Shown in pieces: positions 1-8,662 of a stretch of DNA of 21,266 bases. The stretch is from a virus (Duplodnaviria; Heunggongvirae; Uroviricota; Caudoviricetes), in the IMG/VR virus record IMGVR_UViG_3300037510_000012, positions 1 to 21,266 of that record; one strand, 5' to 3'. The translations under genes and the position numbers were made by a program. The notes under the pieces are model-generated. The model was given only the letters and a program-made list of their open reading frames with translations, did no database searches and had not been told where the DNA came from. The stretch's first letter is position 1. Every line of letters begins with the position of its first letter.

Positions 1-3000
1 GCAAAGGATTGGTCAGACGTTCTTGGCTTTGTTTACAATGAGGCTGGTCAGGTTACCACTCAGGAAGGCAAGACAGTTGCCACCATTGATGCTCAGGTAA
101 CTAAGCTGAAGGAAAAGAATTCACAGCTTGTGAAGAGCCTTCAGCTTGCTAAGGCTGCCGGTGACCAGGAAAAGGCCATTAACCTTGCTATCGCTGAGGG
201 ATTGAAGGTTCGTAATCACGGTGGTTCAGCCGATGACGCAATGAATGCCGCTAAGGTATCACTTCGTGCTGCCGGTTACACAACCCAGGAAATCAGCAAG
301 ATGGTCGCAAAGATTAAGGTTCAGGTCGATTTTGAAAATGCCAAGAGCACTCTTAATCGTCAGATGAAGGAATTCCACGACACCTTCAGCAAGGTCGCTA
401 ACAACGAATTTGGCCAGGGTACGTGGGAAGGATTCACCCGTGCATTCTCTGGTCGTGGAGATATTAACCAGAATGCTGCTGAGCGTGGTAAGGGAATGGC
501 TAAGGAATTCTGGACGGGATTCCAGGCACAGAACAGCCTGTCATCTCGTAAGGACTACTTTGACCAGTTCTTCAAGCAGATTGAGAAGGAACAGCACACT
601 GCTTGGGGACGCCTTGGAAATTCTAACCGTGCAGACCTAAAGAAGGTCGGTATTGAGTCATGGCAGGAATTCGCTGCTGCGTACAAGGACGCTCAGGATA
701 TGACTGATGTTGATTTCCGTAACAAGTGGGCCAATGGTGACATTGAGCAGGCTAACGAGGTAAAGAAGGCTTTGCGCGGACTCGGTAGCGAGACGACTCG
801 TTATGCAGAGAAGCACATGGATGCAGAAAAGCTCATTGCTCGTGAAATTGCCAAGAAGAATAATATGTCAGATGATGAAATCAAGAAGATTAACACAATT
901 GCTGATTTGTATGACGCTCTTGACATGTCTCTATACACAGTGAAGCAGGCTCAGTCTGGTTACACTGAGGCAATGAACAACTACAACCGTGAAGGAACAA
1001 AGCTTTCCAAGAAGGAGCAGCTACGTATCCTTAACATTTACCGCGTAAATGCCGGACTTGAAAAGGCAACATCAATCGAACAGGGATTCGGTGATGTTAT
1101 CGACGCAAGCACTGGAAAGGTAAAGGATAGTGCAGATGCAATGGATGAGGCTGCGGCTTCTGTTGATGACTGGAACAATGCTCGTCAGAAGGCATTCTCT
1201 GGTGCACAGGATACCGTACTTTCTGAGGCTGATGCAATTTGGTCTGACCAGGCTGACGCTACAATCAAGGCAATTGAGGACAGAGGTCAGCGTCGTGAAG
1301 ATGCTCTAGACGCTCAGGCAGAGCGTCAGGATGAGCGTTTCGATAAGCGTGCCGAGGCTGCTGATAAGAGATTCGATAAGCGTTCAAAGAATCTCGATAA
1401 GCGCTGGGACAAGATTATGGACGACTTCGATGCCAAGTGGGATAAGAAGCTCAAGAAGGAAGAAGACGCCTATAACAAGCGAATCGACAATATCAAGAAG
1501 GCTATTGACGCTGAGGAAAAGGCTGAGGAACAGCGCCAGAAGATTTTCGAGGCGGAAAAGTCCCGCCTTGAGAGAATGGCGCAGATGGCCAACTCCCAGA
1601 TTGATTTCAATGTCGCTGTAAATACTGGTAACCTTGATGAGGCTGCAAAGATTGCTAACAACATGCAGTCTACTGAGGCTAGCTGGACACAGGACGATGC
1701 CGCCGCTGCAAGCCAGACTTCTTCTGATGCTCGTAAGGCTAAGATGGAAGGTCAGATTGACACTCTTGAAAAGGCACGAGATAAGCGTCTAGAAGACCTA
1801 AAGAAGGTTGAAGAGGCAGAGAAGAAGGCACTTGAAGCTAAGAAGGAGCGTGAGCAGGAAGCCCTACAGGCAGAGCGTGAGCGTTACGAAAAGGCTCTTG
1901 AGGCTGAGCGTAAGCGTTATCAGAAGGGTATTGAGGCTCAGAAGAAGTACATTCAGGAAGAGACTCAGAGAAATGCTGATGCTACAAAGCGTTACCTTGA
2001 TTCACAGAAGAAGAAGCTTGAGCTTGAACTTCTAGCAGTTAAGGCTTCTGTCCCTCGCTCAAAGAAGGAATATCAGAAGCAGATTTCAACCATTGAGGGT
2101 CTTTACAAGAAGTACGGTGTAAGACTAACTGGATATGGTGACAGATGGGCAAACACAATTGGTGATGCCCTAACTGCTCACGTAAAGGAAGCATCTGCTG
2201 ATATTCAGAACAAGATTGCTTGGGGTCAGGTAGCCAACAAGGTAACACAGAGCATGGTTGATGGTGGATTCAATCTTACCACATCACAGTTCATGAAGTG
2301 GGTTACCACTGGTGAGCTTCCTAAGAATTACAAGGCTCCATCAAAGCCTAAGACGCGTCACACTGGTGGTCCTGTCTCTGGTAACTCAAAGTACGACAAC
2401 CGTGGTGGTCGTCACTGGGGTGCTGGACTCCGCCGCGACGAGTCAATGATGCTTTTGAAGAACGATGAATACGTTCTTAACGGAAAGGCTCATAAGGCTC
2501 TCGGTACAGATTTCCTTGACAACATTAACAGTGGAAAGGGAACTGGAGGAATTGGTGGTGCTGATACTCTAGGACTAGCTGGTGTATTTGCGGCGGGTCT
2601 TGCTGGAATGTACGGTGCAGCAGCAGATATGGTCATTAACGAAGCTGGTAATGCAGCTATGGGAATGGGCATTGATGGAATGGCAATTGCCGGTGCTGCT
2701 GGTAAGTACGGCGGTATCTACCTAAATGCTGAGCAGCTAAAGAATGCAGCAACCATTATTGGTGTTGGTAAGGGAATGGGTGCAAACACAAATGACCTTA
2801 TCGTATCGATTATGACTGCTATGCAGGAGTCAACCCTTAGAAACCTTCACTACGGTGACCGTGACTCTTTGGGTCTATTCCAGCAGCGTCCTTCTCAGGG
2901 TTGGGGTACTCCAGAGCAGATTCTAAATCCTTCATATGCAGCCCGCAAGTTCTTTGAGCACTTGCTAGCAATGAAGGGTCGCGGAAAGCTCAGCCTAACA

Positions 3001-3756
3001 CAGCAGGCACAGGCTGTCCAGCGTTCTGGATTCCCAGAGGCTTATGCACACTGGGAGGCAATGGCTAAGGCGGTTGTTTCTGGAACTGGATTCAAGCCAT
3101 TTGCTGGTGCTGGAGGAGCTTTGCAGCGTCCGGTAAGCGGTCCTGTTTCTCGTGACTGGGCACACCACAGCAACCTTCCAAGAGCTACTGACTTCGGTGT
3201 TGCAGTTGGAACACCTGTTCGCTCTGCAATGAACGGTTATGTTCAGACTTCTACTGACCTTCGTGGTTCAGGAAATGGCGGATATCGTTCGTACGGTCGC
3301 TACATTGTTGTTGCTAATGGTCTCGACAGAACCTTGTATGCTCACCTTTCAAAGCGTAACATTGGAGAAGGTTCGCAGGTTCGCGCGGGTCAGCTAATTG
3401 GTTATTCTGGTAATACAGGTAACTCTACTGGTCCTCACCTTCACTTTGAGACATGGAAGAATGGTAAGGATGTTCCTCCGGGAGTATTCGGAATTCCAGG
3501 TCTAAAGACTGGTGGATTCACATTGAGTGATGGTCTGGCAATGCTTCACAAGAAGGAAACTGTTCTTACGGCTCCACTTTCAGAGCAGCTTAAGTCCGGA
3601 ATTCAGAATATTGACCAGGGTATGAATAATGAGTACAATGTAAATGTAACATTTACTGGCCCTGTCAATTCTGAACTAGACATTGAGCGTGCCGTAACAA
3701 AGGCTATTAATAAGCGAGAAAGTAAGCTAGGAAGAAATAGGAGTATTACATCATGA
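1..3756 (+). CDS. Tape measure protein, 5'-truncated, with C-terminal lysozyme-like domain (~2722-3084) and M23 peptidase domain (~3120-3480)
   Basis: Frame 1 is open from base 1 (AKDWSDVLGF...), so the ORF-track start at 130 is artificial. The protein is long, Ala/Lys/Glu-rich and helical with 11-aa F/W periodicity. It carries AMQES...GDRDSLGLFQQRPSQGWG (lysozyme-like) and YAHLS...GNSTGPHLHFE (M23 HxH). Tail-tip genes follow. Confidence 0.93.
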   Translation, partial: AKDWSDVLGFVYNEAGQVTTQEGKTVATIDAQVTKLKEKNSQLVKSLQLAKAAGDQEKAINLAIAEGLKVRNHGGSADDAMNAAKVSLRAAGYTTQEISKMVAKIKVQVDFENAKSTLNRQMKEFHDTFSKVANNEFGQGTWEGFTRAFSGRGDINQNAAERGKGMAKEFWTGFQAQNSLSSRKDYFDQFFKQIEKEQHTAWGRLGNSNRADLKKVGIESWQEFAAAYKDAQDMTDVDFRNKWANGDIEQANEVKKALRGLGSETTRYAEKHMDAEKLIAREIAKKNNMSDDEIKKINTIADLYDALDMSLYTVKQAQSGYTEAMNNYNREGTKLSKKEQLRILNIYRVNAGLEKATSIEQGFGDVIDASTGKVKDSADAMDEAAASVDDWNNARQKAFSGAQDTVLSEADAIWSDQADATIKAIEDRGQRREDALDAQAERQDERFDKRAEAADKRFDKRSKNLDKRWDKIMDDFDAKWDKKLKKEEDAYNKRIDNIKKAIDAEEKAEEQRQKIFEAEKSRLERMAQMANSQIDFNVAVNTGNLDEAAKIANNMQSTEASWTQDDAAAASQTSSDARKAKMEGQIDTLEKARDKRLEDLKKVEEAEKKALEAKKEREQEALQAERERYEKALEAERKRYQKGIEAQKKYIQEETQRNADATKRYLDSQKKKLELELLAVKASVPRSKKEYQKQISTIEGLYKKYGVRLTGYGDRWANTIGDALTAHVKEASADIQNKIAWGQVANKVTQSMVDGGFNLTTSQFMKWVTTGELPKNYKAPSKPKTRHTGGPVSGNSKYDNRGGRHWGAGLRRDESMMLLKNDEYVLNGKAHKALGTDFLDNINSGKGTGGIGGADTLGLAGVFAAGLAGMYGAAADMVINEAGNAAMGMGIDGMAIAGAAGKYGGIYLNAEQLKNAATIIGVGKGMGANTNDLIVSIMTAMQESTLRNLHYGDRDSLGLFQQRPSQGWGTPEQILNPSYAARKFFEHLLAMKGRGKLSLTQQAQAVQRSGFPEAYAHWEAMAKAVVSGTGFKPFAGAGGALQRPVSGPVSRDWAHHSNLPRATDFGVAVGTPVRSAMNGYVQTSTDLRGSGNGGYRSYGRYIVVANGLDRTLYAHLSKRNIGEGSQVRAGQLIGYSGNTGNSTGPHLHFETWKNGKDVPPGVFGIPGLKTGGFTLSDGLAMLHKKETVLTAPLSEQLKSGIQNIDQGMNNEYNVNVTFTGPVNSELDIERAVTKAINKRESKLGRNRSITS
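1330..1455 (+). repeat. 11-residue tandem protein repeat in the tape measure protein
   Basis: Units DERFDKRAEAA / DKRFDKRSKNL / DKRWDKIMDDF / DAKWDKKLK, with an aromatic residue every 11 aa as is typical of tape measure proteins. Confidence 0.8.
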
Positions 3757-4154
3757 TTTTGACATTGCCTAGACCGCGACTAATGCGGTGGAATGGTAAC
3801 GCTATCACTGACCATAATCGACAGCAGCTAAGTATTGATGTTGAGAGAATTGAGAAGAAGCAACGAATGGCTAACGGTACACTTCGTAAGTATATCGTGG
3901 CGGATAAGCGCAACTTCTCAACCTCTTGGCAGATGCTTCCTAAGCTGTCTTCTCAGACCGTTGACGGTTTCTGGGGGGCAGATGATATCGAGCAGTTTTA
4001 CAACACCGTTGGTGGCTCATTCTCACTTGAGCTAAGTGATGGTGATGGAGAGACATACACATTTACAGTTATGTTCTCTGATTTCTCAAAGACAGTCGTT
4101 AAGCGTGGAAGCGTAGACTTCTGGGAAATCTCTGTAGCTATGGAAGAGGTATAA
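3753..4154 (+). CDS. Minor tail protein, probable distal tail (Dit/gpM-like) protein, 133 aa
   Basis: ATGA overlap with the tape measure stop and AGGAG at 3739-3743. It lies directly after the TMP, and its size and beta-rich pattern (RMANGTLRKY...KRNFSTSW...WEISVAMEEV) fit a Dit. The Dit assignment is positional inference. Confidence 0.75.
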   Translation: MILTLPRPRLMRWNGNAITDHNRQQLSIDVERIEKKQRMANGTLRKYIVADKRNFSTSWQMLPKLSSQTVDGFWGADDIEQFYNTVGGSFSLELSDGDGETYTFTVMFSDFSKTVVKRGSVDFWEISVAMEEV

Positions 4155-4155
4155 A

Positions 4156-7100
4156 ATGCAGAGTTCAACATCATTTCTTCAGAACGCTCTGAAGCAGGGT
4201 GAAGACCTGTATCCAGCCATCCGTGCAATTGCTGAGTGGAACCATAATAGGTACACGACTGTAACGACCGTTGATAATTACCAGTACGATGAAAAGACGA
4301 ACGGATATGACCTTGACATGTATCCGATTGAGACCATCATTGACCCTGTACGTCCAACGGCGGGTTTGCTGAAGGCTCGTGCTGGTGAAGGTGCTGTAGT
4401 TCAAGGATACTCAGACACAGTAAGAGGATACAGAACGTATACAGCAGACCCGGATTCAAAATACAAGTATTGGACGGGTCCAGCTCAGGCTAATACAACA
4501 CCATATTCTGGTGGTGGATATACATTGCCTGAGCCTGTTCGTCCTCACATTGTTTATGAAGCCCCTGTCTTGACGAACAAGATTTACATTTGTATTGAAG
4601 ACTCATGGGCACGCCCACAGAAGTGGGATATCCAGATTACAACAAATGGTACGACATGGACAACAATTGCTTCTGACATTGTAACGAACGACAATGGGCA
4701 GGTCATCCTTTATCTACAGGATGACACTTCTTGGAGTTCGACAGTTAATAGAAACAATGGACTAAACATCAGAGGAATTAAGCTAGATGTAAAGTCCATG
4801 AATAGAGTTAATTCATGGTTCAACCTTGTTGAGCTTGGTGCCAGATTGGAAAAGGACCTTTCTGATAGAATCATTGATTTCTCTGTTGGTAATGAGCTTA
4901 GTGATACTGACTTCATTACTCCAATGGGAACAATTAGTTCTAATTCAGGAAGCATTACCCTTTCTAATATTGATGGTATTTTTAATTACGACAATCTGAG
5001 TTCTCCATATCACGGCCTCATTGATGCCAATGTGAAATTCATGATTGATTTCGGAATTGACGTGTCAGCTTGGGGCGGGTCCGGAATTGAGTACATCAGA
5101 ATGGCTACCATGTATTCAGATACATGGGGCGGCAATGAAGAGCAGTCTTCAGTCTCACTAAAGGATGCATCTAAGTTCTTGCAGGAGGTAAAGCCTCTTG
5201 CTGAGCTTATGGAAAATGTAACCATTGGTATGGCAATTTGGCGTATGCTTGATTCTGTAGGATTCATCGATTACGAGTACACACGTGCTGCTGAGGTTGC
5301 ATCAAATCAGATTCCGTTCTTCTGGACAGATAACGAAAAGACAATCTGGGATAACATTCAGGACCTTTGTCGCGTAACACAGACTGCTGTGTACTTTGAC
5401 GAGCACGGAATTCTCCAGATTAAGACTCGTGACTCTGCATTCAACAAGACAGCTCCAGTATCATGGACATTCGACTATGCTCAGAATGGCTCAAAGATGC
5501 CGGATATCGTAAGCGTTGACACAAGCAGTAACTACGAAGCAAATAAGGTCACTGTAAAGTACCAGAAGACGAATCTAGCACAGGATTCACAGGGTCGTCC
5601 AATCTCTGAGATTGTATGGCAGCCTGAAGAGACAATCGTTCTCCGCAGCTCTGCTTTGACTACAGCTATCACGAAGACGGATATGCGTTTCTGGATTGAT
5701 AAGAAGGATATCACTGACTGGCCATACGAAGGTATGGTAAACGTTCGTGGTGAGCTTATCAAATACAAGGGTAAGGGCTACCGTTACTATCCTAAGGGTG
5801 GTTCATACACCGGAAACATTGATACGGATACTGTATTCAAGGTAATCTATTCTAGCGATGAAAAGTTGCAGATTGATAATGAGCTTTCTTCATCAGTTCA
5901 TGGATGGAGAAACTATTTCACTGGATACATGAAGGTGGAAGAGCGCGGGTATGATTCAACAACAGCTCAGGACCATCCTCTCATTCAGGAAGTGTGGCTA
6001 AGTAATGGTTCATATTACGGTCTTGAAGGTGGAACCCAGAAGTTGTGGAATGGTGGAACAAAGTTCATGCCAACAGACTCTAAGTTGCGTCTTCAGTCTA
6101 CTGGAAAGAAGGCTACTGGAAATCATTGGTACACAGCCCGTCGTGGTGCTTGGACTGGTGAGTCTCCAAAGTTCATCGGTACTCGTCTTATGTTCCCATC
6201 GAACCCTAAGGGAAAGCACACTGCTGCTGGAATTTGGGTCTGGGGAAACACTGCCCAGAACAATATGTACGCCATTGACATTAAGTGTACGAAGAACATT
6301 GACCGCAAGACTCACAACGAGGTACGTGTTCTCAAGCGCAAGAATGGTGTTGTGACGTCAATTGGTGGTAAGGGTGCAACCGTGGCTATTGATTACGACA
6401 AGTGGTACGATGTTGATGTTGTTGTAACGTCAACAGCTCGATTCACAGTCTACATCAATGGTAGTCCAGTCATGAACGTAATCGATAACGGAACTGACAT
6501 TCCAATTTCAGGACGCGCGGGTCTCTATGTAAGAGGAGACTGTGTAACTGATTTCGAATACTTCTATATGATGGCAGATGGTGGAATTCAGGAAACTGAC
6601 CTAGACAATTCTTCATACCTAGACTTGATTCGCGGCGGGTATTACTCAAACCAGTATTACCGTGACTTCGTAACAAGGACAAGGGTAGCACAGAAGCGTC
6701 GTGGAAAGAAGACAATCAAGTACACTCAGTGGTACGACCAGCGCTACTTTGATGAGTTCGGTCAGCAGGTTCATGAATACAGACCATACACTATCACATT
6801 CGATAAGTTCCCGGTTTTGTATTCTAGCCTGTATGTAAGTAATGAGTCTCAGATTGTAACAGATGAATATGTGCACAATCCATTCGGAGCGCACTTTATT
6901 ATCGCTAACGCATCTAGATTCAATTCTGTAGTAAACGGTGAGGACACCCTCACATATGGTGCTGATAATTCTGTAGACCAGAAGATTATGATTACTGGTC
7001 GCACAATTCAGCAGGCTGAAGCAACAGACTATGTTGTTTCGAATGACCAGGCTATCAAGGCTCGTGGAGAAATCGCAATTGAATTCTCTTCTCCTTGGAT

Positions 7101-7344
7101 TCAGTCAGAGGCAGCAGCAAAGGCGCTAGGTGATTGGATTGTCGATAACTGGTCTGAGCCATGTGATGAGGTTGAACTTGAAGTCTTTGGTAATCCTCTT
7201 ATTCAGATTGGTGACGTAGTTGCTGTCAACTATCCGCCAAAGAATATGACTGCATCAACACACAAGTATTTCGTTATCGGTGTTGACCAGTCATGGGATA
7301 ATGGTCTATCTACTCAGCTTAAGCTTCGTAGAGCCAGAATCTAA
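4156..7344 (+). CDS. Minor tail protein, baseplate hub/Tal-like, with inserted sugar-binding-like domains, 1062 aa
   Basis: It follows TMP and Dit. Hub-type segments are GTISSNSGSITLSNIDGIFN, IWDNIQDLC...YFDEHGILQIKTRD (~5344-5433) and C-terminal GNPLIQIGDVVAV (~7189). It also has a galactose-binding-like stretch (~4546-4848) and a concanavalin/lectin-like stretch (~6085-6570). Confidence 0.75.
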   Translation: MQSSTSFLQNALKQGEDLYPAIRAIAEWNHNRYTTVTTVDNYQYDEKTNGYDLDMYPIETIIDPVRPTAGLLKARAGEGAVVQGYSDTVRGYRTYTADPDSKYKYWTGPAQANTTPYSGGGYTLPEPVRPHIVYEAPVLTNKIYICIEDSWARPQKWDIQITTNGTTWTTIASDIVTNDNGQVILYLQDDTSWSSTVNRNNGLNIRGIKLDVKSMNRVNSWFNLVELGARLEKDLSDRIIDFSVGNELSDTDFITPMGTISSNSGSITLSNIDGIFNYDNLSSPYHGLIDANVKFMIDFGIDVSAWGGSGIEYIRMATMYSDTWGGNEEQSSVSLKDASKFLQEVKPLAELMENVTIGMAIWRMLDSVGFIDYEYTRAAEVASNQIPFFWTDNEKTIWDNIQDLCRVTQTAVYFDEHGILQIKTRDSAFNKTAPVSWTFDYAQNGSKMPDIVSVDTSSNYEANKVTVKYQKTNLAQDSQGRPISEIVWQPEETIVLRSSALTTAITKTDMRFWIDKKDITDWPYEGMVNVRGELIKYKGKGYRYYPKGGSYTGNIDTDTVFKVIYSSDEKLQIDNELSSSVHGWRNYFTGYMKVEERGYDSTTAQDHPLIQEVWLSNGSYYGLEGGTQKLWNGGTKFMPTDSKLRLQSTGKKATGNHWYTARRGAWTGESPKFIGTRLMFPSNPKGKHTAAGIWVWGNTAQNNMYAIDIKCTKNIDRKTHNEVRVLKRKNGVVTSIGGKGATVAIDYDKWYDVDVVVTSTARFTVYINGSPVMNVIDNGTDIPISGRAGLYVRGDCVTDFEYFYMMADGGIQETDLDNSSYLDLIRGGYYSNQYYRDFVTRTRVAQKRRGKKTIKYTQWYDQRYFDEFGQQVHEYRPYTITFDKFPVLYSSLYVSNESQIVTDEYVHNPFGAHFIIANASRFNSVVNGEDTLTYGADNSVDQKIMITGRTIQQAEATDYVVSNDQAIKARGEIAIEFSSPWIQSEAAAKALGDWIVDNWSEPCDEVELEVFGNPLIQIGDVVAVNYPPKNMTASTHKYFVIGVDQSWDNGLSTQLKLRRARI

Positions 7345-7352
7345 TACCATAT

Positions 7353-7381
7353 TTGACTTTCACTTGACCGAAAGATATAAT
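7353..7381 (+). promoter_or_regulatory. Sigma70/HrdB-like promoter, probably giving a leaderless mRNA
   Basis: TTGACT (7353-7358), 17-bp spacer, TATAAT (7376-7381). The ATG at 7389 is 8 nt after the -10 box, with no SD sequence between them. Confidence 0.8.
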
Positions 7382-7388
7382 TATCAAT

Positions 7389-7769
7389 ATGGACCAAATC
7401 AAAAGCACTAATGTAATCAACGCACCAGAAGTCGTGCTCAATCCGGTATTCTTCCTTCCACCGGATGTTGTTGACGTGCGCGTCGGCACATCATCTGAAC
7501 CAGTTGAGGAAGATGGCGTTACCTATGATGACGTAATTGATGCTGACGATGTAATTACAGATGAAGATTTGGCCACCGACCCAGGACCGGAAGTTCCTGT
7601 TGATGACGATGGGGAGGGAGCAGAAGTGCTCCCTACACCCCAGTGGATGAACATTATCGACCAGCAGGTTAGAATCGCCCCGGATGGTAAGGCTGTCGTT
7701 GATGTTGTTATTGAGCTTGAGGACGTTTCAGGTGCAACCGAATACGACGTAAGGATTACCAAGGCATGA
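7389..7769 (+). CDS. Acidic tail-associated protein, 126 aa; C-terminus resembles the first strands of an FN3 domain
   Basis: It starts at the predicted transcription start. The middle is D/E-rich low-complexity sequence and the end is beta-rich (PTPQW...VVDVVIELEDVSGATEYDVRITKA). It has an ATGA overlap with the next gene. Confidence 0.75.
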   Translation: MDQIKSTNVINAPEVVLNPVFFLPPDVVDVRVGTSSEPVEEDGVTYDDVIDADDVITDEDLATDPGPEVPVDDDGEGAEVLPTPQWMNIIDQQVRIAPDGKAVVDVVIELEDVSGATEYDVRITKA

Positions 7770-8662
7770 GAGGCACATACAGATTTTATCAGAATGGCGA
7801 ACTAATCGCAGAGCAGCCCAACCTTATCACAACAGAAGGTGAGAGGCTTATTTTGCGTTACCTTGCTGGTCAGTCTCCTTCCCTTGGTGCTGCAATCGGC
7901 GCGGGTGTTTCATCAGTAGCAGCTACAGTAAATGATACCTCCCTCGGATTTGAGGTTGAGCGTGTATCAGTAAACCTCCGCAATGCCGACTACACAAACG
8001 GCGCGGTTATTTTCAAGGGTACAATGGAACAGGATGTTGTACTCAACATTTATGAAATGGGCCTATGGTCATCTGCTGCAAACAATCTCAGTGGTGAATT
8101 CGATTCACGCATCATTACGACATTCGACCTAGAGCTTGAAACATGGTCCAATGTAACTGCGGATACCACGGCTAACAGAACAAGCGCGGATGCTGTAAAG
8201 GTGAGTGCTGCTATCAGCTCAACCACATCACCCCGCCTTGACGTTGAAATGGACCTATCTGGATACTCAGCAAATGACACATTCCTACTTGCCATGAGTA
8301 AGCCAAACAACAACATTTCAACCATTAAGCTTATCTTTGAAGATGTTGTCGGAGGTGGGAATGCCTCTTTGACAAAGACAGTATCCAGCCTACCAACAGG
8401 ATATAACATCGTTCAATTCCGTAAGGGAGACTTTACCATTACGGGTACCTTTAGCTGGGAAACAGTAACAAGAATGGGATTTGATGTAACCGCTGGAGGA
8501 ACGGCGGGTTATGTGATTCTAGATGGCCTTCGTGTAGAAGACCTAGATACACCAAATCAGGACTTTGTTCTTGTATCCCACGCTATCCTCGGAAGCCCAA
8601 TTCAGAAGACGAATGTGGCTCCGATGGATGTAGAATATGCATTGGAATTTAACGTAACATGA
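7766..8662 (+). CDS. Minor tail protein, tail-collar/fibre-anchor-like fold with an inserted CBM-like domain, 298 aa
   Basis: ATGA overlaps at both ends. The N-part (NLITTEG...DTSLGFEVERV...IYEMGLWS) and C-part (FVLVSH...IQKT...DVEYAL) match the fibre-anchor pattern. A jelly-roll-like insert lies at ~8108-8542. Confidence 0.7.
   Translation: MRGTYRFYQNGELIAEQPNLITTEGERLILRYLAGQSPSLGAAIGAGVSSVAATVNDTSLGFEVERVSVNLRNADYTNGAVIFKGTMEQDVVLNIYEMGLWSSAANNLSGEFDSRIITTFDLELETWSNVTADTTANRTSADAVKVSAAISSTTSPRLDVEMDLSGYSANDTFLLAMSKPNNNISTIKLIFEDVVGGGNASLTKTVSSLPTGYNIVQFRKGDFTITGTFSWETVTRMGFDVTAGGTAGYVILDGLRVEDLDTPNQDFVLVSHAILGSPIQKTNVAPMDVEYALEFNVT

Noticed and set aside
7364-7369. Second TTGACC as an alternative -35 box
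   Set aside because: No -10-like hexamer lies 16-18 bp downstream; that position is the ATG region.
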